Positions 30,217-41,095 of a stretch of DNA of 64,000 bases are shown here, piece after piece. Positions within the stretch are counted from its first letter, which is position 1; every line of letters starts with the position of its first letter. The notes under the pieces were generated by a model, which did no database searches, was not told where the DNA came from, and was given only the letters and a program-made list of their open reading frames with translations. Made by a program: the position numbers and the translations under genes. Origin of the DNA: an uncultured Actinomycetes bacterium (lineage in GTDB: Bacteria > Actinomycetota > Thermoleophilia > UBA2241); contig CAVPVX010000004.1 of the NCBI GenBank assembly GCA_963709345.1, positions 319,257-383,256 of the forward strand, written 5' to 3'.

Positions 30217-30406
30217 ACCGGGCCATCGTATCGGCCTGCGACGATCTCTGGCTGTGGATTCCGGCGGCCGTGATTCGACCTATCCGGGCAGGCCTTTCGG
30301 CGTTGGACTCGGTAGCGCTGGCTGCGGCATTCCGAATCGCGAGGCCGAAGTGTCTCAGCCAGGCTGCTCCAGATGGCTCATTGACCGTCACGTGCGCTGA
30401 TCATCA

Positions 30407-31906
30407 GTGCCCGGCGTCGACGGCGCTCCTGGAGAGACTCCGGTGATCGGCCGCCTCGCCCACCGTCGCGACGACGTCCTCGTCTGGGGCTTCGTCGCCG
30501 CCGTGGAACTGGTCGTCGTCCTGGCCGCCTTTCGCTCGCCGGGGCTCGCCGCCGCCCTCGCCGCCGCCGTCGGGATCCTGGCGCTTCTCTCGCTCGTGAT
30601 CGGCTCTCGTCGCGGGACGCTCCTGATCGGCGGAGTCCTCGTCGCCGTGACGATCGTGCTACCGGGCGATCTTGCCCTGCAGTATCGCCTCCCGGTCGGC
30701 GGCGGCGGCATCTTCATCGTCGACTTTCTGCTCGCGCTGCTGCTCGCCAGCCTCGCGCTGTACGTACTCGCGCAGCGCGAGAGGCCGCCGATGATCGAGT
30801 CGCCTGTGCGTCTGCCCGTCGGCCTGTTTCTCGGCTGGGTCCTCGTCGCCGCCCTGATTGGCATGATGAGCGGGAACGAGGCGAAGCTGGTCCTGCAGGA
30901 CGCCCGCTCCCTGGCGTACTACGTTCTCTTCTTCGCCGTGGTGATCCTGGCGACGGACCGCCGCTCCGTCATCGCTTTCATGCGGCTGCTCGCCGTGTGT
31001 GTACCCATCGTCTTCGCGCTCGGCATCGTCTTCGCCGCTCTCGGCCAGGGGATGGCGCTCGACTACGTCGAGCCGGGCGTCAGCCGGTTCCCGGCGCCCG
31101 ACGACGTCTTTCTCATGAGCTCGGTGATGACGCTGACGTTCATCGCGGTCTGGCCGTCCGGCCGCACCCGGCCGCGGTGGCTGTGGCTCCTCCTCCTCGT
31201 CTCGCTGCTCGGGCTCGTCCTCTCTCTCGTGCGCGGCAACTGGGTGGCCTTCGCCGTGTCGGTCGTGTACCTGCTGCTCGTGCTGCGCGTGCGCGAGCGC
31301 GTGCGTCTGGTCGTGGTCTCCCTCGTGCTCGCCGCCCTGTTCGCGGCCGGGCTGGCCGTGGCTCAGCCGGCGGTCTTTCGCTCGGTGATCTCCCGCGCCC
31401 TTGCGGTGACGGCGGTCGAGGACAGGAACGTGCAGTGGAGGCTCATCGAGAACCGGGCGGTAGGCGAGCAGATCGCGCAGCGCCCCTGGGTCGGGAACGG
31501 CCTCGGCAAGGAGTACCTGTTCGACTGGTCGCGCTACGGCGTCGCTCCCTATCGCAAGACGTACATCCACAACGACTACTACTACTTCGTCCACCGATTG
31601 GGCGTCGTCGGATTCGCGCTGTTCATCTGGGTCGCGTTCGCCTACCTCGTGCCCTGGATGAGGGCCCGTGCGACGCTTCCGCGGGACGATCCGTGGCTGC
31701 TCGGCCTCGTCTACGGCGGGCGAGCCATGTTCGTCGCGCTTCTCACCGTCTCGGTCACGTCGCCGCGGCTCAGCGGCAAGTTGTCGGTGACGGTGCTCGC
31801 GGTCGTCATGGGCCTGTCGGAGGCGGCGCTGGTCATTCTCCGCGAGCGCGCGAGTGCCGAACTGGAAGAGCCGCGCGAAGCGCCTAGCGCAAAGGCCGAG
31901 GAGTGA
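30407..31906 (+). CDS. O-antigen ligase/polymerase family membrane protein (Wzy_C)
   Basis: About 12 TM segments; SLVRG, R..E, PWVGNGLG and HNDY..GVVG. Confidence 0.8.
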   Translation: MPGVDGAPGETPVIGRLAHRRDDVLVWGFVAAVELVVVLAAFRSPGLAAALAAAVGILALLSLVIGSRRGTLLIGGVLVAVTIVLPGDLALQYRLPVGGGGIFIVDFLLALLLASLALYVLAQRERPPMIESPVRLPVGLFLGWVLVAALIGMMSGNEAKLVLQDARSLAYYVLFFAVVILATDRRSVIAFMRLLAVCVPIVFALGIVFAALGQGMALDYVEPGVSRFPAPDDVFLMSSVMTLTFIAVWPSGRTRPRWLWLLLLVSLLGLVLSLVRGNWVAFAVSVVYLLLVLRVRERVRLVVVSLVLAALFAAGLAVAQPAVFRSVISRALAVTAVEDRNVQWRLIENRAVGEQIAQRPWVGNGLGKEYLFDWSRYGVAPYRKTYIHNDYYYFVHRLGVVGFALFIWVAFAYLVPWMRARATLPRDDPWLLGLVYGGRAMFVALLTVSVTSPRLSGKLSVTVLAVVMGLSEAALVILRERASAELEEPREAPSAKAEE

Positions 31907-32547
31907 TGGTGACCGGCCCGAGGAACTGCGGCTCGTAGCAGGAGTGTCGCGGCCCGTCGTCAAGGACGGCGCGGAGTCGCTCGCCGCCGAGCACCCGGTA
32001 GCCGATGGTGAAGGGTGGGAGGCACACGGCGACGTCGACGACGTCATCGGGGTTGGGTGAGCGTTCCGCGTCCGGCGCGAAGAACCTCGCCAGGTACGTC
32101 CACGCACGTCATGTAGTCCACCGTGCCCCCGCGCTCCGGTCGGTACCTGCGCAGTATGGCGACCTCCGGCGCCGGTGTGGTTCCCCGGCCGTCTCCGTCG
32201 TTGTCCGGCCGCAGGGCGTGGTCCACGGCCCGGTCTGCGCACAGAGGGTTCGCCGTCGTGTCGAGCACCCCGGTGACGGTTGCGTCGTCGCCGGTCTGCG
32301 ATGCGAGAGCGAGGGAGAAGGTCCGACGCGGGCTCCGGGGCTCTTCGGATGCGGCCATCCGCTCGCGTATCGCGCCGGCGAGGACTACCCGCGGCGCCCA
32401 CACCTCGGCCCCGACGGTGCCGGGGGGTGTGAGGGAGGTGGTGGCCGTAGCCCGGCCGGGGGCAATCGAGAGTACTGCGGCGGCGATGCCGGCGAGCATC
32501 GCCGCCGCAGTGCGGACCAGTCTTCTTCGGCTGCGCCGCGGCGGCAT
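31884..32547 (-). pseudogene. internally deleted paralogue of the adjacent lyase-like secreted protein
   Basis: Signal peptide, then PDNDGDG and RGGTVDYMT; after a frame switch, AWTYLARF..SPNPDD..YEPQFLGPVTITP. These match the neighbour's [24 protein letters not shown] and [14 protein letters not shown]. Confidence 0.7.
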
Positions 32548-32601
32548 GTGCTCGTGCCACCGTACCCCGCCGCCGCCCGTTACGGCTCGCGGCGGCTTGT
32601 A

Positions 32602-34456
32602 TCAGGGTTGCGTCAGCGTCGTAGGCCCAAGGAACTGGGACTCGTAGAAGCGTGTCCGCGAGTACTGTCCCCCGTTCACGTCGTCCAGGTACTGCTGCTC
32701 ACCGAAGATGTGCCAGGCGGACTGGACGCGCGAGAGGTAGAGGTCCCAGTGTATGAGGTCGTTCGGCGCGGGTGACGGAAGGTAGCCCGGGCCCGCGAAG
32801 CGGGAGAGGTAGGCCCACGAGGTTCGCAGTTCGGAGCGCATGGTGCTCGTGGCCCGTCCGATGTTCTCTGTCATCTGGTAGAGCATGGAGGCGAGCCGGG
32901 CGTTGTAGCTCATGTAGTCGAGGCATCCACCGCGGCTGGCGTTGTCGTAGTAGCCGGCGGACTCGACCAGCACCTGAGGCACCGAGCCTGAGACTACGCC
33001 GTCGCCGTCGTTGTCCGGATTCGTCGAGCAGTGGAGGATCGAAGGCACGTTCAGCGTGTAGCTCGAGTCGAAGAGCGTCGAGATGCTCGTCGAGTCCTCG
33101 CTCACGATCGCGGCGGCGAGCCAGGCGGCGGCCGGCGCGGCCGCTGTGTCGCGGCCGGTGTAGTGGTCCGTCTGGTCGTAGGTCAGCGTGTATCCCGGCC
33201 ACGAGTAGCTGCCGCGGCCGGTGTGGGTGAACCAGTAGTCCTCGGCGAAGTTGTCCTGGTAGCCCTTCATCACGATCGCCCATGTGCGGAACCAGGCCTT
33301 GATCGCGGTCTTGTCGCTGCTCGAGTAGGCGCCGGAGTCCTTCGTGAGGTCGTAGGCGAAGGCGAAGCTGAAGGCGCCGTACGACTGGTGGTAGCCGCCC
33401 TGGAAGTCGCGCGTGTAGGAGTACGGCGCGGGGTTGTTGGCCTGCGCCCAGGCGACAACGAAGGCGCGCGCCTTAGTCGCGTACGTCTTCGATCCGGTAC
33501 TGGCGTACGCCACGGCAAGGTTCCGCGCGAGCCGGGAGTCGGTATCCAGCTTCGTGTAGCTGAACGCCTGGGTCGGGCCGACGTCGACGTTGGGCGTGGC
33601 CGAGAGCGCCGAGGCAATCGCGCCGTCGCGGAAGTAGGTCCACGCTCCGGCGTAGGGCTGCTCGCCGGCCGCGATCTTCTGCCGCAGCAGACTGATGTCC
33701 GCGCTGTCCATGATCGGAGTGCCCGACGGCGCGGGTGTGGCCGTTGCGGTCGGGGTGGGGGTCGGCGTGGGAGTCGGCGTGGCCGTTGGGGTCGGCGTGG
33801 GAGTCGGCGTGGCCGTTGGGGTCGGGGTGGGAGTCGGCGTGGCCGTTGGCGTCGGGGTGGGAGTCGGCGTGGCCGTTGGGGTCGGCGTGGGAGTCGGCGT
33901 GGCCGTTGGGGTCGGCGTGGGAGTCGGCGTGGCCGTTGGGGTCGGCGTGGGAGTCGGCGTGGCCGTTGGGGTCGGCGTGGGAGTCGGCGTGGCCGTCGGG
34001 GTCGGCGTGGGAGTCGGCGTGGCCGTTGGGGTCGGCGTGGGAGTCGGCGTGGCCGTCGGCGTTGCCGTCGGGGTCGGGGTCGGCGTCGGGGTCGGCGTTG
34101 CCGTGGGCGTCGGCGTCGGAGTGGCGTGTGGCGGTCGGCGTCGGCGTCGGAGTGGGGGTCGGCGTGGGTACCGCCGGCTTGCGCGGCTTGCGGTCCTTGC
34201 GGAGAACGACCGACGTACGCGTCTGCTTGGCGACGCGGTAGCGCAGGCCCTTGATCCGCACGATCCGCTGCCCCTTCTTGATCGACTTGCGCACGTGCGC
34301 CGACTCGTTCTTCACGACGATGAAGTGCGGCGCGCGCTTGACCACCTTGAAGCGCATCGTCCTGGGCGTGCCGCCGGCGATCACCGGCAGCGCCAGGACG
34401 AGCACGAGAGCGGTGAGGAGGAGGATGATCGCGGTGGTCTTGGGTCCTCGCGCCAT
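32602..34456 (-). CDS. secreted protein: signal peptide, basic domain, PT linker, alginate-lyase-like alpha/alpha domain (one frameshift ~34125)
   Basis: Hydrophobic N-terminus and (PT)n linker. [44 protein letters not shown] resembles the PF05426/heparinase-N helical domain. Confidence 0.6.
33781..34050. repeat. 30-bp tandem repeat x9 encoding [10 protein letters not shown]
   Basis: ggccgttggggtcggcgtgggagtcggcgt in nine near-identical head-to-tail copies with no spacers. Confidence 0.95.
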
Positions 34457-34881
34457 GGGGGCTCCTTCATCTGGTGAAGAGCGCGCCGTGGCCAAGGCTG
34501 GAGGGTTCTGGCCTTACGAATGTCGCACCGGCGCGACTCGCTGTAAGTTGCCTGTTGCGTGAGCCTTGTTGTGGTCCGGCTCAGTTCTAGGTGTCGGTCA
34601 CCGCGGAGGGAAGTTGAGTGACCTAGACGGGTATCTGTTGTCCGTGTCGGCTACAGCCGAAGGAGGCAGCCGGCAGCGTGCGCGGGGGGTGAGGCCCGAG
34701 CCGTGCGCCGCGCTCTCGCTGTTGGGAATCGGCGCTCGGACCGATAGAATCGCCGGTGGGGCAGGCCTGCGGGCGAGGCCGGTGAATTGCGCGCCTCGAA
34801 GGCGCTACGGGCCTAGTGCGGACAAGGGAGAGGGATGCGCGTAGGGAGACTCCTGGCGGCGCGCCGACGCAGGGCCTCGCC

Positions 34882-35505
34882 ATGAGTTTCCCGAGCCTCG
34901 AAGTGCGTGCCGCGGCCGCCGCCGAGTGGGACGACGCATGGACGGGCTGCCGCCATTCCACGTACTTCCAGTCACGCGGCTGGGCCGAGTGCTGGTCGGC
35001 GTACACGAGCGGCGTCGACAAGCCCGATCCGGTGTCCATCCGCATCAGCCGAGGTCAACGGATAGTCCTGCCGATGTCGCGGCAGCGGCGTCACGCCGGA
35101 CTGTCGTCCCGCCGCCTGCTGTCACCCGCCGGCGGCCCCGAGTCGGCCTGCGGGCGGGCGTCGCACACCTCGCGCTACGGTGAAGCGCTGTTCGAGGCGC
35201 TTCGGCGCCGTGGCTCGCCGGATGTCGAACTGCGGCTGGCCGTGCTCCACGAAGAGACCATCATGGCCGGCGGGCTGTGCCTGTACGGTCCCCGTCACGT
35301 CTACTGCTGGCATGCCGTGGCTCTCTCGGAGTTCTTCGAGCTGCGGGCGGCCAACCTGCTGGTCCACGAGCTCCTGCTCGACGTCTGCGGCCGGTCCCTA
35401 GAGTGGTTCGACCTCAACCCCAGCGCCGGCCTCGAGGGCGTCCAGACGTTCAAGCAGCGCGTCGGCGCGCGTCTGGTCAAGGGGTCAAGGCAGAAGCATG
35501 CCTGA
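34882..35505 (+). CDS. FemAB-like GNAT family protein, apparently internally shortened
   Basis: WD..STYFQSxxW N-terminus and ANLL..WFDLNPSAGLEGVxxFK..GA C-terminus, but only about 207 aa. Confidence 0.6.
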   Translation: MSFPSLEVRAAAAAEWDDAWTGCRHSTYFQSRGWAECWSAYTSGVDKPDPVSIRISRGQRIVLPMSRQRRHAGLSSRRLLSPAGGPESACGRASHTSRYGEALFEALRRRGSPDVELRLAVLHEETIMAGGLCLYGPRHVYCWHAVALSEFFELRAANLLVHELLLDVCGRSLEWFDLNPSAGLEGVQTFKQRVGARLVKGSRQKHA

Positions 35506-36970
35506 AGGCGGATCCCTGCGGCACAGCGCCGTCCGCGGAGTGAAGTGGACGACGGTGTCGATGGTATTCGTGACCGTCGTCGGCGTCGTCCAGCTGGCGA
35601 TTCTGACCCGCCTGCTGAGCAAGACCGACTTCGGCCTCATGGCGATGATCGCCACGGTCGTGGGCTTTGCTCGGGTCTACGCCGACATGGGGTTCTCGAA
35701 CGCGATCATCTACAAGCAGGACGCGTCGCCGAAGCAGCTCTCGTCGCTGTACTGGATGAACATCATCGTGAGCGTCGCCCTGGGCGCGGCGGTCGCCGCC
35801 GCGGCACCGCTTGTGGCGGCCTTCTTCGGCGAGCCATCGCTGGTCACTCCCCTTCGGGTCGTCTGCCTGTCGTTCGTGATCACGCCACTGGGGCAGCAGT
35901 TCCAGTTCCTGCTCGAGCGCGAGCTGGAGTTCGACCGGCTGGCGCGGCGGGACATCGCCGCCGCGCTCACCGGGCTGGTCGTGGCGAGCGCGACGGCCGC
36001 GCTGGGCCAGGGCGTGTTCGCACTCGTGTGGGGTCAGCTGGCGCAGTCCTCTGTGCGCTCCATCTCCGTCGCCTTCATCGGCTGGCGGCGCTGGCGCCCG
36101 AGCTTCCACCTTCGCTGGGGCGACCTGCACGGGTTTCTCTCGTTCGGCTTCTACCAGCTGGGAGAGCGCACCATCTACTACTGGGCGGCCAACATCGACT
36201 ATCTGCTGATCGGGCGGTATCTGGGGCCGGAGCAACTCGGCGTCTACTCCATCGCCTACAACCTGGTGGTCGTGCCGCTCACCAAGCTCAACCCGGTGCT
36301 CACCAAGGTCGCCTTCCCCGTGTTCGCGCGCCGCCAGGACGATCCCGCGGCCATGCGGCGCGGCTTCGGCGAGCTCATCGAGCTGATCGCTCTCGTCACC
36401 TTCCCGCTGCTGATCGGCCTCGGCGTGACGGCGCCTTTGGCCGTTCCCGTCATCTTCGGCGAGGCATGGCAGCCGGCGGTCATCCTCGTCCAGATGATGG
36501 TGGCGATGGGCCTCCTCAAGTGCCTGAGTAATCCCTTCGGCTCCGTCCTGCTCGCCAAGGGGAGGGCGGACGTCGGCTTCTGGCTCAACGTCGCGGCCAC
36601 GGCCGTCACGGTCGCGGTGCTGTGGACCGTCGTGTCGCGCGGGACCGAGGCCGTCGCGTGGGCGCACACCTGCGTCAACCTCCTGTTCTTCGTCGTCGAG
36701 CTGCTGATCATCCGCCGGATCATCGGGATGGGCGTGGCCAGCTACCTTCGGCGCCTGGCGCGCCCGTCCCTCGCCACCCTCGTGATGGGCGCGGCCGTAA
36801 TGGGTACGTACTTCTTCATGAAGACGACAGCTATCGGCACCGATTTGCAGCTCGTCGCGCTCATCGTCGTCGGTGTGGCCGTGTATGCGCTCACCTGGCT
36901 GCTCGTGGCGCGCGACTACGTCGTGGGCCTGGTTCGGCTTCTCGTCCGGCGCTCACCGGGGCAGGCCTGA
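35498..36970 (+). CDS. wzx: Wzx/MOP flippase (WzxC-like)
   Basis: GVKWT, LxRLLxxxDFGL, [15 protein letters not shown], IGRYLGxxxLGxY and VAFPVF. Confidence 0.9.
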   Translation: MPEGGSLRHSAVRGVKWTTVSMVFVTVVGVVQLAILTRLLSKTDFGLMAMIATVVGFARVYADMGFSNAIIYKQDASPKQLSSLYWMNIIVSVALGAAVAAAAPLVAAFFGEPSLVTPLRVVCLSFVITPLGQQFQFLLERELEFDRLARRDIAAALTGLVVASATAALGQGVFALVWGQLAQSSVRSISVAFIGWRRWRPSFHLRWGDLHGFLSFGFYQLGERTIYYWAANIDYLLIGRYLGPEQLGVYSIAYNLVVVPLTKLNPVLTKVAFPVFARRQDDPAAMRRGFGELIELIALVTFPLLIGLGVTAPLAVPVIFGEAWQPAVILVQMMVAMGLLKCLSNPFGSVLLAKGRADVGFWLNVAATAVTVAVLWTVVSRGTEAVAWAHTCVNLLFFVVELLIIRRIIGMGVASYLRRLARPSLATLVMGAAVMGTYFFMKTTAIGTDLQLVALIVVGVAVYALTWLLVARDYVVGLVRLLVRRSPGQA

Positions 36971-38764
36971 TGCCGGGGCTGGTCGGGCTGACGTGTGGGA
37001 CGGAGGCGCCGGAAGCCTGCGCGGCCGCCGTCACCCGGATGCGCGGCCTCATGACCCACCCGCGATTCGGCGAGGCGGATTCCGTGTGGAGCGACCGGCG
37101 GGTCGCTGCCGCCCGCGTCCACACCGGGCGCCTCGCCGGCCCGTCCCAGCCGGCGAGCCGTCACGGGCTCGTCGGCTGGCTCGACGGGGAGATCGTGAAC
37201 GCTCGCGGACTCGTTCCCGGGGAGCCCGGCGTCGCGCTTGGCGACGCTGGCGTGCTTCTCGAGCTGCTCGCTCGCGATGACCCCGACGCCGCCCTGCGCA
37301 CGGCCGACGGGTCCTTCGCCGGCGCCGTGTACGAGCCCGCGACCGGCGTCGTCCGTCTCGTGAGCGATCGTTTCGGCCTGCGGCCGCTCTACTGGCTCAT
37401 CTATCGCGACCGGCTCGTGTGGGCGTCGACCCTTGCGGCGCTGCTCGCTGTGCCCGGGTTCACGCCGCGCATCGCGCAGCGCACGGTCGACGAGATGCTC
37501 ACGTGCGGTCACCCCGTCGGCGATCACACGCTGTTCGAGGGAGTCAGGCTGCTCGATTCCGGCGCCGTTCTTACGTTCGGCCGGGGCGGCGAAGTGAACC
37601 TCAAGCGGTACTGGTGGTGGGACCGCGTGCGCCCCGCCGGCGCCTCGCGCCTGGACGAGGCGGCGGACGAGCTGGGCCGTCGGCTGCGTCGCGCCGTCGA
37701 GGAGAGAGCGCCGGCGGACCAGCGGGTGGGGGTATCGCTGAGCGGCGGGCTGGACTCCCGGGCGCTCCTGGCCGCCGTGCCGGAGCGTACGAGCCTGCCG
37801 GCTGTGACCTTCGGCTGCGCCGGCTGCGTCGACGTGGCCATCGCCGCCAAGGTCGCGGCGCTCAAGGGGGCCGTGCATCACGTGGCGCCCCTGACCCAGC
37901 GGGACTGGCTGGCTCCAAGGCTCGAGGGGGTCTGGTGGACGGACGGCCAGTTCAACATCGTGAACTTGCACGGCATCGAGGCAGCCGACGTCTACCGGGA
38001 GGTGTGCGACGTACATCTCGACGGCTGCGGCGGCGACTTCATCCTCGGCGGGATGTACATGGGGGGCAGCGACACGTGGGGGCGCTTCTCACCCGAGCTT
38101 GTGGCCCGGCGCATGAAGGCGCCGCTCGGGTCCTTCGGAGAACTCGCGCCCTGGGACACTCTGGATCGCAGCGACTACTACCTCATTGAGAACCGGGCGC
38201 GCCGCATGAACAACCCAGGCACCCGGGTGATGCAGGGTCTCGTGCAGGAGCGGAAACCGTTTCTCGACGGCGACGTCGTGGAGTTCGCGCTCGGGCTGCC
38301 GGACGCGTGGCGCGCCAACGGCCGGCTGTACCGGCGCATGCTTCTGCGCGCCTTCCCCGAGTACTACCGGCGCATCCCGTGGGCGAGCATCGGCGTGCCC
38401 ATCAGCTGGCCGCGGGGAGTGCGACGCCTCGGAAGGGCGTACCACTGCCGTGACCGGCGCGGCGACGGCACCATGCGCGCCTTCGGCTTGCCCGGGCGTT
38501 ACTACGTGACGTATGCGGACTATGCCGCCTGGCTGCGCCTGCCGCCGCGCGCGCGGCTTCATCGAGTCGCTCCTTCGCGCTCCGGAAGCGCTGTATCCGG
38601 AGTACGGTTCAAGGTTGGATGCTCTGAGGCTGTGGGACGAACACCTCGCCGGCGCCGACAGGGCCGTCGAGGTGGGCAAGAGGCTGACGTTGGAGATCTG
38701 GCTGCAGCAGGTGTACGCGGGACGCTATCGGCCGGGCTCCGAGTTGCCGGAGGGGCTCCAGTGA
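36970..38764 (+). CDS. second asparagine synthase-related protein (N-terminal Cys replaced by Pro; frameshift ~38545)
   Basis: [18 protein letters not shown]-loop [12 protein letters not shown] and LTLEIW; starts MPGLVG. Confidence 0.82.
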
Positions 38765-39944
38765 CCGGGCCGGCGCGACGCCCCGTCCGCGAGGACTTTC
38801 TCGTCTTCGGCGCCCCGCTGATCGGCGAGGACGAGATCGCCGAGGTCGTCGCCTCGCTGCGGAGCGGGTGGCTCGGGACCGGGCCGAAGGTCGCGCGCTT
38901 CGAGAGGACTTCGCGGCCTACGTCCGGGCGCCGCACGCCGTCGCGGTCAACTCCTGCACCGCGGCCCTGCATCTGTCGATGCTCGCCGCGGGCATCGGGC
39001 CGGGCGACGAGGTGATCACCACGCGCGCATGACCTTCTGCGCCACGGTGAACGCCATCATCCACGCCGGCGCGACGCCGGTGCTGGTCGATGTCGATCCC
39101 GCACACGCATGAACATCGACCCCGACGCGCATCGAGGCGAAGATCACGCCGCGCACGCGGGCCATCGTGCCCGTGCACTTCGCCGGGCGGCCCTGCGACA
39201 TGGACGCGCTCGTGGCGCTGCGCCGCGAGCACGATCTGCGGCTGATCGAGGACTGCGCCCACGCCATCGAGACCGAGTACCACGGCCACAAGGCCGGCAC
39301 GCTTCGGCGACTTCGGCTGCTTCAGCTTCTACGTGACGAAGAACGTCGTCACCGGCGAAGGCGGCATGGTGCTGGCCACGCGCGAGGACGACGCGGCGCG
39401 CATCAAGATGCTGGCGCTGCACGGCATGAGCAAGGACGCCTGGAAGCGCTTCGGCGACGAGGGCTACAAGCACTACGAGGTGTCGAGTGCGGCTACAAGT
39501 ACAACATGATGGACCTCGCAGGCCGCGATCGGCATGCACCAGCTCACGCGCGTCGAGGCGAACTGGCTGCGCCGCGAGGCAGATCTGGCACCGCTACGAG
39601 AGGCCTTCGCCGACCTGCCGCTCGAGCTGCCGGCGCCGCCGAGCCCGACACGCGCCACGCCTACCATCTCTACACGCTCCTGGTCGATCGAGGCGCGCGC
39701 CGGACTCAGCGCGCGACGAGCTTCCTGGCGCCTGACGGCAGCGCAAACATCGGCGTCGGCGTACATTACCTGAGCATCCACCGGCACCCCGTACTACCGC
39801 GAGCGCTTCGGCTGGCGTCCCGAGGACTACCCGGCCGCGCGACGCATCGGACGCCAGACGGTGAGTCTGCCGCTGTCACCCGCGCTGGAAGACCGGGACG
39901 TCGACGACGTGATCACGGCCGTGCGCGAGGTGCTCGAGCGGTGA
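38761..39944 (+). CDS. DegT/DnrJ/EryC1/StrS sugar aminotransferase (many frameshifts)
   Basis: [51 protein letters not shown] and SLPLSP, distributed across frames. Confidence 0.85.
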
Positions 39945-41095
39945 CCGGCCTTCGCGTGGCCCACTCCTTCGACGTGTGGCTGCCGTCCACCATGACCTGG
40001 GCGGCCACTCAGGTTCGGGCTGCCTCCGTGGACCAGGCGATCGTCCTCGCCGAGTCGACGGAGAATCTCGATCAATTCCCGTTCTCTCCCATCTACACCA
40101 CGGGCAGCGTGGATGCCGCGGTCGTGCGGGCCGCGAGGCGCACGCACGTGCGCCTCTACCCGCGTTCGTACGCGCGGTCTCTGAGGCGCCACCGGCCACA
40201 GATCCTGCACTCGCACTTCGGGTATCGCGGCTGGTCGGACCTGCCGCTCGCACGGCGCCACCGGCTCGCCCACGTCGTGACCTTCTACGGGCACGACGTG
40301 ACCATGTATCCGCGGACCTGGCCGGTCTGGCGCGGCCGCTATGCGGAGCTATTCGCGGCCGCCGACCTCGTCCTCTGTGAGGGCCCGTTCATGGCGTCGA
40401 CCATCGCGGGCCTCGGCTGCCCCGAGACGAAGCTGCAGGTCCAGCGCCTGGGTGTGGACGTGGACCGGGTTCCCTGCCGGCCGCGCACCCTGGCTCCCGG
40501 CGAGCCGGTGAGGGTGCTCATCGCGGGCGCCTTCCGTGCCAAGAAGGGGATCCCCGCCGCCCTGGAGGCGGTGGCGGCGGTCCGGGAGCGCGGCGCCGAT
40601 CTTCGCGTGACCGTCGTCGGCGCCTCGAACGGCAGCGCCGGCGAAGAGGCGGAGCGCCGGCGCATCGAGGACGTCGTGCGCCGCCGCCGGCTCGACGAGA
40701 TCGTCACATTCACGGGCATGGTCCCCTACGGGCGGTTGCTCGACCTGCTGTCGGGACATCACATCTTTCTCTCGCCCAGCCGGACTGCGGCCGACGGCGA
40801 CAGCGAAGGAGGCGCCCCGGTCACGATCATCGAGGCGGCGGCGAGCGGGATGCCCGTGGTGAGCACCACGCACTGCGACATCCCTCAGGCCGTGGACGAC
40901 GGACGGACAGGACTGCTGGCCCCCGAGGACGATCAGGAGGCGCTGGGGGGGTGCCTGTGGACCATGCTTGACGAGCCCGAACGCTGGCCGGCGATGGGCG
41001 AGGCCGCCGGGCGACTGGCGCGCGAGCGGTTCGACATGCGCCGGTGCGCGGCGCAACTCGTCGACCGCTATCGTAGTCTGCTCGGGAGTGGCTAG
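39941..41095 (+). CDS. glycosyltransferase family 4 (WcaL-like)
   Basis: HSHFG, TFYGHD, KKG and DGDSEGGAPVTIIEAAASGMPVVST. Confidence 0.88.
   Translation: MTGLRVAHSFDVWLPSTMTWAATQVRAASVDQAIVLAESTENLDQFPFSPIYTTGSVDAAVVRAARRTHVRLYPRSYARSLRRHRPQILHSHFGYRGWSDLPLARRHRLAHVVTFYGHDVTMYPRTWPVWRGRYAELFAAADLVLCEGPFMASTIAGLGCPETKLQVQRLGVDVDRVPCRPRTLAPGEPVRVLIAGAFRAKKGIPAALEAVAAVRERGADLRVTVVGASNGSAGEEAERRRIEDVVRRRRLDEIVTFTGMVPYGRLLDLLSGHHIFLSPSRTAADGDSEGGAPVTIIEAAASGMPVVSTTHCDIPQAVDDGRTGLLAPEDDQEALGGCLWTMLDEPERWPAMGEAAGRLARERFDMRRCAAQLVDRYRSLLGSG

Noticed and set aside
30213-30446. Short ORF MNRAIVSACDD.. overlapping the GT2 stop
   Set aside because: It has a plausible SD and ATGA overlap but no recognisable motif and atypical codon use, so I cannot support it as a gene.
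33781-34050. 30-bp repeat array as a CRISPR
   Set aside because: The repeats are head-to-tail with no spacers, encode a Pro/Thr linker, and no cas genes are present.
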